Assembly: GCA_015059155.1 (NCBI GenBank)
Contig: SVAX01000003.1
Coordinates: 28,473 to 92,472, forward strand
Reading direction: 5' to 3'
From: Bacillota bacterium
GTDB taxonomy: Bacteria; Bacillota_I; Bacilli_A; RF39; UBA660
DNA: 64,000 nucleotides
Every line of letters starts with the position of its first letter. Position 1 is the stretch's first letter. The notes under the pieces were generated by a model that searched no databases, was not told the DNA's origin, and saw only the letters and a list, made by a program, of their open reading frames with translations. Position numbers and translations under genes: made by a program. This document shows positions 36,279 to 44,973 of the stretch, one piece after another.

Positions 36279-36504
36279 GATTTGTGTTAATGTTTTGCTT
36301 AATTTTGTTAATGTTAATTCTATTAAAAAAAACTTACATTTACATCAAACAAGACTAAAACAAGACCAAAATATTTTGATTAATTAAAAAAAGTTAGATT
36401 AATTCTAACTTTTTTATTTAAAATATAATTGTTATTTTTGTTTACCTTGAGTCTTATAATATTCATCAATATATTTTTGCGTTTCATCGTTGATTTTTTC
36501 ATAA

Positions 36505-36813
36505 TTAATATTTAATTACATCTAAAATATCTTCAAATTTTATTTTAGTATTTTCTAATATTATTTCCTTATATATATTATCTATCTTTTTTACATTTCC
36601 TATAATTTCACTATAATCAATATTATAGTAATAAGTAATCTTTATTTTATCTCCCTTTTTTAATTCTTTTATCTTTTCATTTAATTCATATTCCATTTCT
36701 TCAGATATGCTCTTTTTGGTATTACATTTTTTACAAGCGTTTTCTAATCCTTCTCTAAATCCAGCAATAGCATCAAATGGCATAAATATTCTAGCCCTTT
36801 CTTTATTCAGCAT
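36505..36813 (-). CDS. YolD-like protein
   Basis: 102 aa with an RARIFMPFDAIAGF motif, immediately downstream of and overlapping the Y-family polymerase gene, as in yolD/uvrX-type pairs. Confidence 0.65.
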   Translation of the reverse strand: MLNKERARIFMPFDAIAGFREGLENACKKCNTKKSISEEMEYELNEKIKELKKGDKIKITYYYNIDYSEIIGNVKKIDNIYKEIILENTKIKFEDILDVIKY

Positions 36814-38059
36814 TATGACCTCCTAATAACTTATTTCTCTTTATTTGAGTGGCATTATCTGTAAAACTTAATCCCCTAAGTATAGAGTTCTTTCCATATT
36901 TATTTTTTATTTCATTCATAGCCATTTCAATTCTTAAATCTTTTTCAGTTATTTCATGAGTGGAAAATAAATCTAATTGTTCTATTAATTTATCTTTTAA
37001 ATTTCCAAAAGAAATCCCTATTCTTCTTATAGGTACATATTCATTTATTCTAAAATCAAATTCTTGTAATATTTTATTTAATATTATTGTGAAACTACTT
37101 GTAGCTTGTTCTAATTTAAAAGTAAACTTTGTAGGTGGTATTTTATCTTTTGTATATCCTATTATTACACAAATAGATGTTGCAAATTTATTTCTATTAA
37201 CTAAATCCAAAACTAAATTATCTACCATTTCAATTAATATATTTCTAGCATCAGAATAACTATAATCTTTATCTAGTATATGCGAATTTGAAATTGAATT
37301 AGATTTTGGTTTATAAGACTTAACATCTTTTATAGTACAAGGTTCTATTCCTTTAGAATGGTCAATTAAAAATTCAGCATTAATACCAAATTCTTTATAT
37401 AAAATAGATTCTTCGCAATTAGCAATATCACACATATCTTTCAAATGTAAATTATATAATCTATTTTCTATACCCCTACCTATTTGCCAAAAATCAGTTA
37501 ATGGTGTATGATGCCACAATTGTTCTTTATATAACTCTTCATCTAAATAACCTATATTATCTTTAGAATGCTTTGCTGTAATATCTAAAGCTATTTTTGC
37601 AAGATACATATTTGTTCCTATTCCAGCGGCCGCTGTTATTCCCGTTTTTTTATAAACAGCATCAATTAACATTTTAGCGAACTCTTTTGGTGTTTTATTA
37701 TAATAATTAAGATATGGTGTTGCATCTATAAAACACTCATCTATTGAATAAGCAAACCAGTCATCCTTATTTATATAGTCTAAATAAATACTATTTATAT
37801 ATATTGAATATTCCATATATTTTTTCATTCTAGGTTTTGCTATTATAGGATGAATATTTTTAGGTATCTCCCACATTCTACATCTATTTTTAATACCTCT
37901 TTGTTTCATTTTAGGACTTATAGCTAAGCATATCGCTCCATCTCCTCTTGATGGATCAGCAACCACTAAATCTGTTTTGAATGGGTCTAATCTTCTCTCA
38001 ACACACTCTACAGATGCAAAAAATGTTTTTAAATCAATACAAATATATATCTTATTCAT
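36803..38059 (-). CDS. Y-family DNA polymerase (UmuC/UvrX/ImpB-like)
   Basis: IYICIDLKTFFASVE catalytic N-terminus. Start trimmed to MNKIY (GGTGA SD). Confidence 0.85.
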   Translation of the reverse strand: MNKIYICIDLKTFFASVECVERRLDPFKTDLVVADPSRGDGAICLAISPKMKQRGIKNRCRMWEIPKNIHPIIAKPRMKKYMEYSIYINSIYLDYINKDDWFAYSIDECFIDATPYLNYYNKTPKEFAKMLIDAVYKKTGITAAAGIGTNMYLAKIALDITAKHSKDNIGYLDEELYKEQLWHHTPLTDFWQIGRGIENRLYNLHLKDMCDIANCEESILYKEFGINAEFLIDHSKGIEPCTIKDVKSYKPKSNSISNSHILDKDYSYSDARNILIEMVDNLVLDLVNRNKFATSICVIIGYTKDKIPPTKFTFKLEQATSSFTIILNKILQEFDFRINEYVPIRRIGISFGNLKDKLIEQLDLFSTHEITEKDLRIEMAMNEIKNKYGKNSILRGLSFTDNATQIKRNKLLGGHNAE

Positions 38060-38074
38060 CCTATCACCATAAAA

Positions 38075-38103
38075 ATTATAACACGAATATTCGTTCGTGT
38101 CTA
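38075..38103 (-). promoter_or_regulatory. promoter TAGACA-17 nt-TATAAT with an embedded LexA (Cheo-type) box CGAACGAATATTCG
   Basis: The box lies at 38084-38097 and matches CGAAC-N4-GTTCG at 9 of 10 conserved positions. It sits in the spacer of an extended -10 (TGtTATAAT) promoter. Confidence 0.6.
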
Positions 38104-38139
38104 GCGTTAAAATAAATTTCACTAAAATAGTGAATTTTA

Positions 38140-38271
38140 TTATTTTTTTATAACTAAAGAAAAACTTATTTTTGTTTCTATGAATGAATAATTTGCATAT
38201 ATGTCTATTGTATATCTTCCTTTTCCTTTTATATACGGAGTTATATCATTTATAAACTCTCCATCATACAT
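38140..38271 (-). pseudogene. relic copy of the C-terminal ~43 codons of the 39237..39908 protein
   Basis: MYDGEFINDITPYIKGKGRYTIDIYANYSFIETKISFSLVIKK aligns with ...YNGKYISNITPYIQKKGMYYIGITAKYNLVETKIFFYFINEK. Confidence 0.5.
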
Positions 38272-38346
38272 TTTCTTACCTCTATTTAGATGTATATGTC
38301 ATTTTTATTATATCAAATAACTACTTCAAAATGAAGTAGTTATTTT

Positions 38347-39114
38347 TTACTCTATTACTAATGTGTTTAATAAATCTTTTATCATTTCATTTGTAAAATA
38401 TTTTGAATTATTAAATGTTAAAGTATATCTCATATCATCTTTTAAAATATTACATTCTACTATATATGCTGGTTCAAAATTGTGATTTACACAGTATCCA
38501 TCATAATCTCCGTTAATTAGTGTTATTCCATCAATCCTAGTATATTCTGTCCTAACTAAAGAATGTATATCATAAAATTTTTTCATATCTTTAACACTAT
38601 CAAAAATACTATTCTTATCATTTTTTGTTTTATCAAGAAATTTAAATAATTCAATATCATTTGTTATATTATTTTCTTCATAGAATTCTGTTAAAACTGA
38701 ACTTTGATTTACTCTTTCATCACTAGATAACATCTCTCCTGTTCCATTGATTTGCATTACTGTATCGCCTCTACCTATTGCAATTGCACCAACATCACTC
38801 AATTTATACCAAATAAAATCTTCTTTTGGTTTTATAGTCATATCATCAGAAGAGGAAAATACTTCCCAATTTTTAAAGTCATTTCTAATTTTCATGTTTT
38901 TGAATACCAAATAATCTTCTTCTGGTAACTTAGTTGTTTTTATTGTAATTGTTTCATCCTTAATAACAAAATTATCTTTTGACTTTTCAAAATCGTGTAT
39001 ATGACTTAAATCATAGTAATTTGCATAATAAATCTTATAACCTAAATATCCCCCAATTAACACTAATAGTATTATAGCTACTATTATTATCCATAACTTT
39101 TTTTTCATAAGCAC
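38347..39114 (-). CDS. membrane-anchored hypothetical protein (255 aa)
   Basis: ORF track; N-terminal TM LWIIIVAIILLVLIGGYLGY; followed by the hairpin AACTACTTCA...TGAAGTAGTT. Confidence 0.6.
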   Translation of the reverse strand: MLMKKKLWIIIVAIILLVLIGGYLGYKIYYANYYDLSHIHDFEKSKDNFVIKDETITIKTTKLPEEDYLVFKNMKIRNDFKNWEVFSSSDDMTIKPKEDFIWYKLSDVGAIAIGRGDTVMQINGTGEMLSSDERVNQSSVLTEFYEENNITNDIELFKFLDKTKNDKNSIFDSVKDMKKFYDIHSLVRTEYTRIDGITLINGDYDGYCVNHNFEPAYIVECNILKDDMRYTLTFNNSKYFTNEMIKDLLNTLVIE

Positions 39115-39236
39115 ACTCCTCTAATATAAATATATCACAACTTAATATAATAAACTTAAAAAGTTATCCTATCAAAGAAAAATTTACATTTTTTTACATT
39201 TTTATGCTATAATTATTATAACAAAAAGGTGATGAT

Positions 39237-39908
39237 ATGGATAATAGTAGTTTTAGATTTAAACCTAATAAATCAGAAATAGAAAAAGAAAAGAAAAAAA
39301 TATTGTTAGAAATTAATAAGGAAAAAGCTGAAATTAATTCGAATAATAAAAAAAATATAATAATAATTTTTGTAATAATTATATTTTTGTTTATTACAAT
39401 AAAAATATGTTTTGGTACAATAAATATATATAATATTTTTGGTTATCCAGCAAATAAGGCAAGATTTTATGAAGTAACAGTAAACAATAATAAAACTTCT
39501 GTAGAATATGTATTAATTCAAAAAATCCCTATAATACCATTCTTAGTAAATTTTAATAGTAAATATGCAGGTGCAAATATTATTGAAAAAAATAAAGGGT
39601 TTGAAGTCTATGCTGATGATTCAAAAGAATATTTAATTAATATAAATTCATATAGTTGTTATTCTGGAGAATATCAAATTGAATGTAAAAACATAAATCA
39701 AAATATGAAGAAAAACAATGATACAAAATATACTAATTTAGAAATTGTTAGAGTAAATAATCCTTATGAAAAAATATATAATGGTAAATACATCTCCAAT
39801 ATAACACCATATATACAAAAGAAAGGTATGTATTATATTGGAATTACTGCTAAATATAATTTAGTAGAAACAAAAATATTTTTCTATTTTATAAACGAAA
39901 AAAACTAA
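39237..39908 (+). CDS. membrane-anchored hypothetical protein (223 aa)
   Basis: ORF track; AGGTGA SD; one TM segment after a K/E-rich N-terminus. Confidence 0.6.
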   Translation: MDNSSFRFKPNKSEIEKEKKKILLEINKEKAEINSNNKKNIIIIFVIIIFLFITIKICFGTINIYNIFGYPANKARFYEVTVNNNKTSVEYVLIQKIPIIPFLVNFNSKYAGANIIEKNKGFEVYADDSKEYLININSYSCYSGEYQIECKNINQNMKKNNDTKYTNLEIVRVNNPYEKIYNGKYISNITPYIQKKGMYYIGITAKYNLVETKIFFYFINEKN

Positions 39909-39934
39909 TTTAATCAATTAGTTTTTTTATTTTT

Positions 39935-40840
39935 TTAATTTAATATGTTTCCGTAACTTGCAACTTCCACACCCCTCATACCATCATAGTATGAAGATAC
40001 AGAACTAGCAAAATTTAATACTCCACCCATTCCATTTTCTGAGAAAGTATAATTCTTAGATTGAGATAAAGAAACATTAGAAGTGGCATGTTGATATGTT
40101 CCATGAACAACAAATGGTTCAGCATCTGTTATCAATGTAACGGTTAAAGAATTTTCTAGAGAAGAAGTTACAGAATCATCTATATTCATAGAAATTCCAA
40201 TTCCTCCTCCACCTGCTCCCCATCCAGTAGAGATTTTTGTATTATCAGAACTTTGAGTATATCTGTGATATGCACCATCATATTTTTGATAACCACTTAA
40301 AGTTCCACCGCTCATTCTAACGTAATAACTTGTTGCCTCTGCTCCTACAGCCAAAACATCATATGATTTTACTGATGGAATAGATAACCAAGTATTTGTC
40401 AATGTTATTACTCTATGAGTAACATAACCAGATGGTACGACTGTTAAAGTTATTCTTTTCATTGAAGTACTATATGATGCAGAAGCACGAGTTTGTGGAC
40501 TATTCTTTTTCTCTTTTAAGAAATTTTGAGCTTCTTCTTCAGTTACTTCCTTTTCTATTCTTGATACTATGTTACCACGAAGATCATAAATATCATCTAC
40601 TCTAACATATTTTGTATCTTCTGTTTTTACTAGATTCTCATTATCTTTTACAAGATTAATTTGTTCTACTGTCATAGTAGCTATTGTATCTTCACTAAAA
40701 ACCTTAATAAGATTATTATATTGTTGTTCTGTTAATTCAGCTCCATTTAAATTTGTATAATATGGAGTAATTTCATCTGCTGATACCATGAAAGGCATCA
40801 AAAACAATGTTGTAAAAATCGCTAAAAATATTTTTTTCAT
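39935..40840 (-). CDS. secreted hypothetical protein (301 aa)
   Basis: Signal peptide MKKIFLAIFTTLFLMPFMVSADE; GGAGG SD. Confidence 0.65.
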   Translation of the reverse strand: MKKIFLAIFTTLFLMPFMVSADEITPYYTNLNGAELTEQQYNNLIKVFSEDTIATMTVEQINLVKDNENLVKTEDTKYVRVDDIYDLRGNIVSRIEKEVTEEEAQNFLKEKKNSPQTRASASYSTSMKRITLTVVPSGYVTHRVITLTNTWLSIPSVKSYDVLAVGAEATSYYVRMSGGTLSGYQKYDGAYHRYTQSSDNTKISTGWGAGGGGIGISMNIDDSVTSSLENSLTVTLITDAEPFVVHGTYQHATSNVSLSQSKNYTFSENGMGGVLNFASSVSSYYDGMRGVEVASYGNILN

Positions 40841-41052
40841 TTTTTTCCTCCTATTCTATTTTTAACTTTTTAATTATTAGAATTTAACCCTTTTTTTATC
40901 ACCTCTCATTCCAACATTATTTCATATTACTTTCTTCATTATAATTATAAAGAATTTTTATAATAATTTAAATATCAATTGTACTAAATATAATAGTTAA
41001 TGTTTGAAACAAAAATATAGTATTCAAAAACTAAAAAATATTTTTTTAATAC

Positions 41053-41080
41053 AAAAAAAATAGATTTTCATACAATCTAT
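41053..41080 (-). terminator. intrinsic terminator after the xre-like gene
   Basis: ATAGATT-N7-AATCTAT plus U-run on the minus strand. Confidence 0.55.
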
Positions 41081-41083
41081 TTT

Positions 41084-41299
41084 TTAGTCCTTCTTTTCAG
41101 CTATAAAATTTATGTTGGTTTTTTCAATTATTTTCTCAAAAACATCTACACCATAATTTACTAAATTGGCTTCATAATCTTGAATGGTTCTTTCTTTTTT
41201 ATCAATTAAATCGCCAAACTCTTTTTGAGTAAGTCCAGTCCACTCTCTAATAATTCTTATAAAGTCGCCTTTATTATAATCTTTTAAATTAACTCTCAT
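41084..41299 (-). CDS. XRE-family helix-turn-helix protein (71 aa)
   Basis: GLTQKEFGDLIDKKERTIQDYE. Paralog of 8074..8298. Confidence 0.8.
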   Translation of the reverse strand: MRVNLKDYNKGDFIRIIREWTGLTQKEFGDLIDKKERTIQDYEANLVNYGVDVFEKIIEKTNINFIAEKKD

Positions 41300-41413
41300 A
41301 CATAACTCCTAACTATACATTTACATTATATTTTAAAAATTATGTAATTTGTTAAAACCCACGACCACATCGTGTGTTATAATAGTTATGTATGATAGAA
41401 AGGAGTTAAAATT

Positions 41414-41734
41414 ATGTTCTTAAAAAATAATGATTTACTAAAGGAAATGGATTTTATTAAAAGATGTAAACCTCATTCTAAACAAATTGAAGACTATATT
41501 GAATCATTTATAGCACCTGATCTAATTGCATTTTATATAGCAAGTGGTTTTTATTCATCTTCAATATACGAGCAAAAACTTGATACATTAATAACAACAG
41601 GTTTAGAATTTTTAAATACTTCTATAAATAACAACGAAATATTAATTGACAATATAAAAAAAATACTAAAAATTAAATATAACTTATCTATATTAGAAGT
41701 AAATCCTTTAATTTTAGAAACATATTATAAATAA
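41414..41734 (+). CDS. hypothetical protein (106 aa), divergent from the XRE gene
   Basis: ORF track; AAGGAG SD; TGTTATAAT promoter overlapping the palindrome CACGA-N5-TCGTG. Confidence 0.55.
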   Translation: MFLKNNDLLKEMDFIKRCKPHSKQIEDYIESFIAPDLIAFYIASGFYSSSIYEQKLDTLITTGLEFLNTSINNNEILIDNIKKILKIKYNLSILEVNPLILETYYK

Positions 41735-42006
41735 AAAAAGGTAGATTAGATAACTTACCTGTACTAGCATAAGTTAAATACTGCTCTCTACCTATATTTA
41801 TATTATCAAAAAAAATTAAAAGAAACAATTACCATAATTAAAATTTGTATCAGTTGTTAATTTTATAACATAAAACCAAATAAACAGAAAATTATTTTCT
41901 TTAATTTTATTTTTATGCATTAATTTTAATATTATGTACATTAATTATTTATAAATATTATTAATAATATTATAATAAAGAATTAAACAATATAAAATTA
42001 GAAATC

Positions 42007-42252
42007 TTACTTTTCTTCAAAGAATTTGCCTACTTCTACATCCAACACTACAGATATTTTATGTAACATAGGAATTGATATACTATCACTACAATTTTCC
42101 GCTTCTATTCTTCTTAGATAATCAGAAGATGTTCCTATAGCCTCAGCTAAATCCATTAACCTTACATCTTTTTCATTTCTATATTTTTTAATATTTTTAC
42201 AAATTACACTTTTAATATTCTCGTTAAACTTATATTCTTTCATATACACCAC
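42007..42252 (-). CDS. XRE-family helix-turn-helix protein (81 aa)
   Basis: HTH region RLMDLAEAIGTSSDYLRRIE. Confidence 0.7.
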   Translation of the reverse strand: MVYMKEYKFNENIKSVICKNIKKYRNEKDVRLMDLAEAIGTSSDYLRRIEAENCSDSISIPMLHKISVVLDVEVGKFFEEK

Positions 42253-42342
42253 CTATATAAATTATCACATTATTTAAAGCAAAAAGAAGTTAACAAAACA
42301 CTCACGCTTATGTTATAATTTTGTTGATGAAAGGTTGATTTT

Positions 42343-42615
42343 ATGCAAGTAAATAATAAATTAATAGAATTACAAATGCATCATTATATTAAAGTCCAAT
42401 TAATTAATATCGAATTTTATGAAAAAAAACGAGATAGGATTGAAAAACTAAAACAGTTAGAACTTAAAAACGAACCTTCTACCCTATTTAAAAACAAACA
42501 TCACGAATGGAAAAAAAAGATAGAATCATATAATAAAGAATTGGAAGAAATAAATTTATTAAGTTTAAAAGAAAAACAAGAATTAGAAGAATTAATTGAA
42601 TCATTAAAAAACTAG
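42343..42615 (+). CDS. hypothetical coiled-coil protein (90 aa)
   Basis: ORF track; AAAGG SD-like; K/E-rich. Confidence 0.5.
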   Translation: MQVNNKLIELQMHHYIKVQLINIEFYEKKRDRIEKLKQLELKNEPSTLFKNKHHEWKKKIESYNKELEEINLLSLKEKQELEELIESLKN

Positions 42616-42631
42616 TAAAACACTAGTTTTT

Positions 42632-43639
42632 TTAATAATTACCATTTTCATATTTTGGTGTATCTGTTATAGTACAAGAATACTTATTAGGATTTCCAGA
42701 TATGTATCCAAATCCTTTCATATCTGTTTTTATTTTAAAATGATAATTTCCCATATCCTCATGTATTAAATATGAAAGACCATTATATTTTTGTGGGTTT
42801 AATTTAATTAAAACATCTGAAGTATTATTTGCTCTATAATATTTATTAGTTTTATATACTGTCCAAGAATTAACTTCTGGTTTTAAATTAAGGTACTTTT
42901 TATTTCCTGGATTAGTTATATCACTTTCAGCTACCCAACCTAAACTATCAATATGATATGGTTTAACACCTTTAGAATTAACTATAGTAATTTTACCTTT
43001 GTAATTTGTTTTTTTTGCTCCTCTTCCATTTCCAGCACTATCTCTATATAAATATCCGTTTAATACAATAGAATCACCTTTATTATATTTTAATTTAGAT
43101 ATATTAGTAGCTGGTTTTTCATATGTATAAGAACTAGTTTTTACCCAATTATAACCACCAGTATTTTTAATTTTGCAACTCTCTAATATAAATAATGCTT
43201 TTGTTATGTCATATTGATTATTTATACACCAATTTCCATAACTATTTTCATACCATCCATTACCTGTATATTTCCCTTTACCACAAGCAAGATGAATATG
43301 GTTTCCAGTAGCATACCCAGTAGTTCCTTCTTGATAAAATATTTGACCTTGTTTGATAGTTTGTCCTACTTTTAAATCTGTTGTATCATTATCATGCATA
43401 AGAACTACTGTCATATAGTCTTCAGTTCCATCTGCATACTTAACTTTATTTAAACTTTCTAACCAAACAACATAGCCTTTATAAATTCTTTTAATAACCC
43501 CAGTAAAAGGTGCTTTGATGCTTTCTATACCTCCATCTTTTCCAGCGATGTCTATTGCTAATGTACCCTTGTGTGAAAAACTATTATTCATTCCTTGAGT
43601 TACATTTAAAGTTTCCATTCCAAATATCGCTTTTTCCAT
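42632..43639 (-). CDS. phage endolysin: M23 (LytM-type) peptidase with SH3-like wall-binding C-terminal half
   Basis: AIDIAG and GNHIHL (HxH) M23 motifs; position directly after the holin. Confidence 0.8.
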   Translation of the reverse strand: MEKAIFGMETLNVTQGMNNSFSHKGTLAIDIAGKDGGIESIKAPFTGVIKRIYKGYVVWLESLNKVKYADGTEDYMTVVLMHDNDTTDLKVGQTIKQGQIFYQEGTTGYATGNHIHLACGKGKYTGNGWYENSYGNWCINNQYDITKALFILESCKIKNTGGYNWVKTSSYTYEKPATNISKLKYNKGDSIVLNGYLYRDSAGNGRGAKKTNYKGKITIVNSKGVKPYHIDSLGWVAESDITNPGNKKYLNLKPEVNSWTVYKTNKYYRANNTSDVLIKLNPQKYNGLSYLIHEDMGNYHFKIKTDMKGFGYISGNPNKYSCTITDTPKYENGNY

Positions 43640-43657
43640 TTTACCACTTTCTTCCTT

Positions 43658-43846
43658 TTAAAAATTATTTTGATCCGTTGGATTATTAACACCAGCAAAT
43701 ACATTTATAATTACTGTTATTGAATAAACAATTTTATCCATAGTTCCTTGAAATTCAGGAACTAAAGTAACTATTAAACTAGCTACAATAGATACTAATT
43801 GTGCTATTACTACTGGGCTTTTTAATCTTTTTAATATTTCTTTCAT
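43658..43846 (-). CDS. phage holin
   Basis: 62 aa with two hydrophobic segments and a polar C-terminus, immediately upstream of the endolysin. Confidence 0.7.
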   Translation of the reverse strand: MKEILKRLKSPVVIAQLVSIVASLIVTLVPEFQGTMDKIVYSITVIINVFAGVNNPTDQNNF

Positions 43847-44052
43847 TATTTCACCTCTATTTTTTCTTCTATATATAATTCATTCATCATTTCTTCTGTA
43901 AATGTGTCAGGTACAAATATAGTTGTTGAATAATATGGAAAGTGTTCTTCCCCTGTTTCTTTATCTATAAAATATATATCATCAACACTTCTTATCTGTT
44001 TACCTTCATCAGATATTATCATTTTAGGTTTAGTATAAGTAAATAATTTCAT
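43846..44052 (-). CDS. phage hypothetical protein (68 aa)
   Basis: ORF track 43846..44067 trimmed to MKLF (start overlaps the upstream stop). Confidence 0.5.
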   Translation of the reverse strand: MKLFTYTKPKMIISDEGKQIRSVDDIYFIDKETGEEHFPYYSTTIFVPDTFTEEMMNELYIEEKIEVK

Positions 44053-44963
44053 TAACTCACCACCCATCCCTTATTTGTTATTGAGTTCAATTCATTGGCA
44101 TTTAATTTTAAGATGTTTTCGGCACCAATTACAAATTGCTGTGTATATAATGAGCCACCGTTTGCTACATCATAAGTTAAATTTAAATCATATAAACCAT
44201 TTATTACACTCATTAAACTTTCATATGATAACTTTGGTGAACCACTTAAATCCATTTTATAATAGGAGTAATTGTTTTCATTTTGTACAAATGCTTTTCC
44301 TAAATTTGTACCAAATTTTAAGTTTTCTAAGTTAGGACATCTTAGCATCATATAATATATCTTTGGCAAGTTGCTAAAATCAAAACTACTCATATTTAAA
44401 TTTTTTAAATTCCTACAATTACTAAAAATATTTGCAATTTCTGTTACCTTACTTATATTAAAGTTTTTTAAATCTAATGATTCTAGTGTTGTCATATTAT
44501 AAAACATGCTATTTATATGTGTCGCATTTGATGTATCAAAACTACTAACATCTATTTCTTTTAAATTATAACAATTACCAAACATGTTTGAAAAATCTTT
44601 GCCTTTGCTAGTATTTAAATTTTTTAGATTTAATTTTTTTAATGCACCGCAATTATAAAACATGTTACTAAAGGAAGTACATTGACTAGTATCAAAGTTA
44701 CTTAAATCAACTTCAGTTAAAAGATTTCCAGAATGATAAAACATATAATAACAACTTGTAACATTTTTACATAAAGCTAATAATTCGTATAAACAATTTA
44801 GTCTTTCTCCACTTGCAAACAAATAATAGCAACTATTTATTTCAAATTTATCTATAAGTGTACTTACATCAGGAAGTTGATTTATTGTATTATTAATATC
44901 TTCAAGAGATGAATTATTTTCGGTTAATCTTTCATTATAATTTTGTAATCTTTCTTTGTTCAT
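44052..44963 (-). CDS. DUF285/BspA-type leucine-rich-repeat protein (phage, candidate receptor-binding protein)
   Basis: Repeats of the ~26-aa unit L.NFDTS..T....MF..C..L. C-terminal 55 aa shared with 44974..46242. Confidence 0.7.
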   Translation of the reverse strand: MNKERLQNYNERLTENNSSLEDINNTINQLPDVSTLIDKFEINSCYYLFASGERLNCLYELLALCKNVTSCYYMFYHSGNLLTEVDLSNFDTSQCTSFSNMFYNCGALKKLNLKNLNTSKGKDFSNMFGNCYNLKEIDVSSFDTSNATHINSMFYNMTTLESLDLKNFNISKVTEIANIFSNCRNLKNLNMSSFDFSNLPKIYYMMLRCPNLENLKFGTNLGKAFVQNENNYSYYKMDLSGSPKLSYESLMSVINGLYDLNLTYDVANGGSLYTQQFVIGAENILKLNANELNSITNKGWVVS

Positions 44964-44973
44964 ATTTTACCCC

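Noticed and set aside
41360-41395. Second LexA box at the palindrome ACCCACGA-N5-TCGTGTGT overlapping the TGTTATAAT promoter of 41414..41734.
   Set aside because: It lacks the GAAC-N4-GTTC core. It is more likely an operator for one of the adjacent XRE proteins. TTATGTA/TACATAA also occurs three times in this intergenic region, but there is too little evidence to call it.
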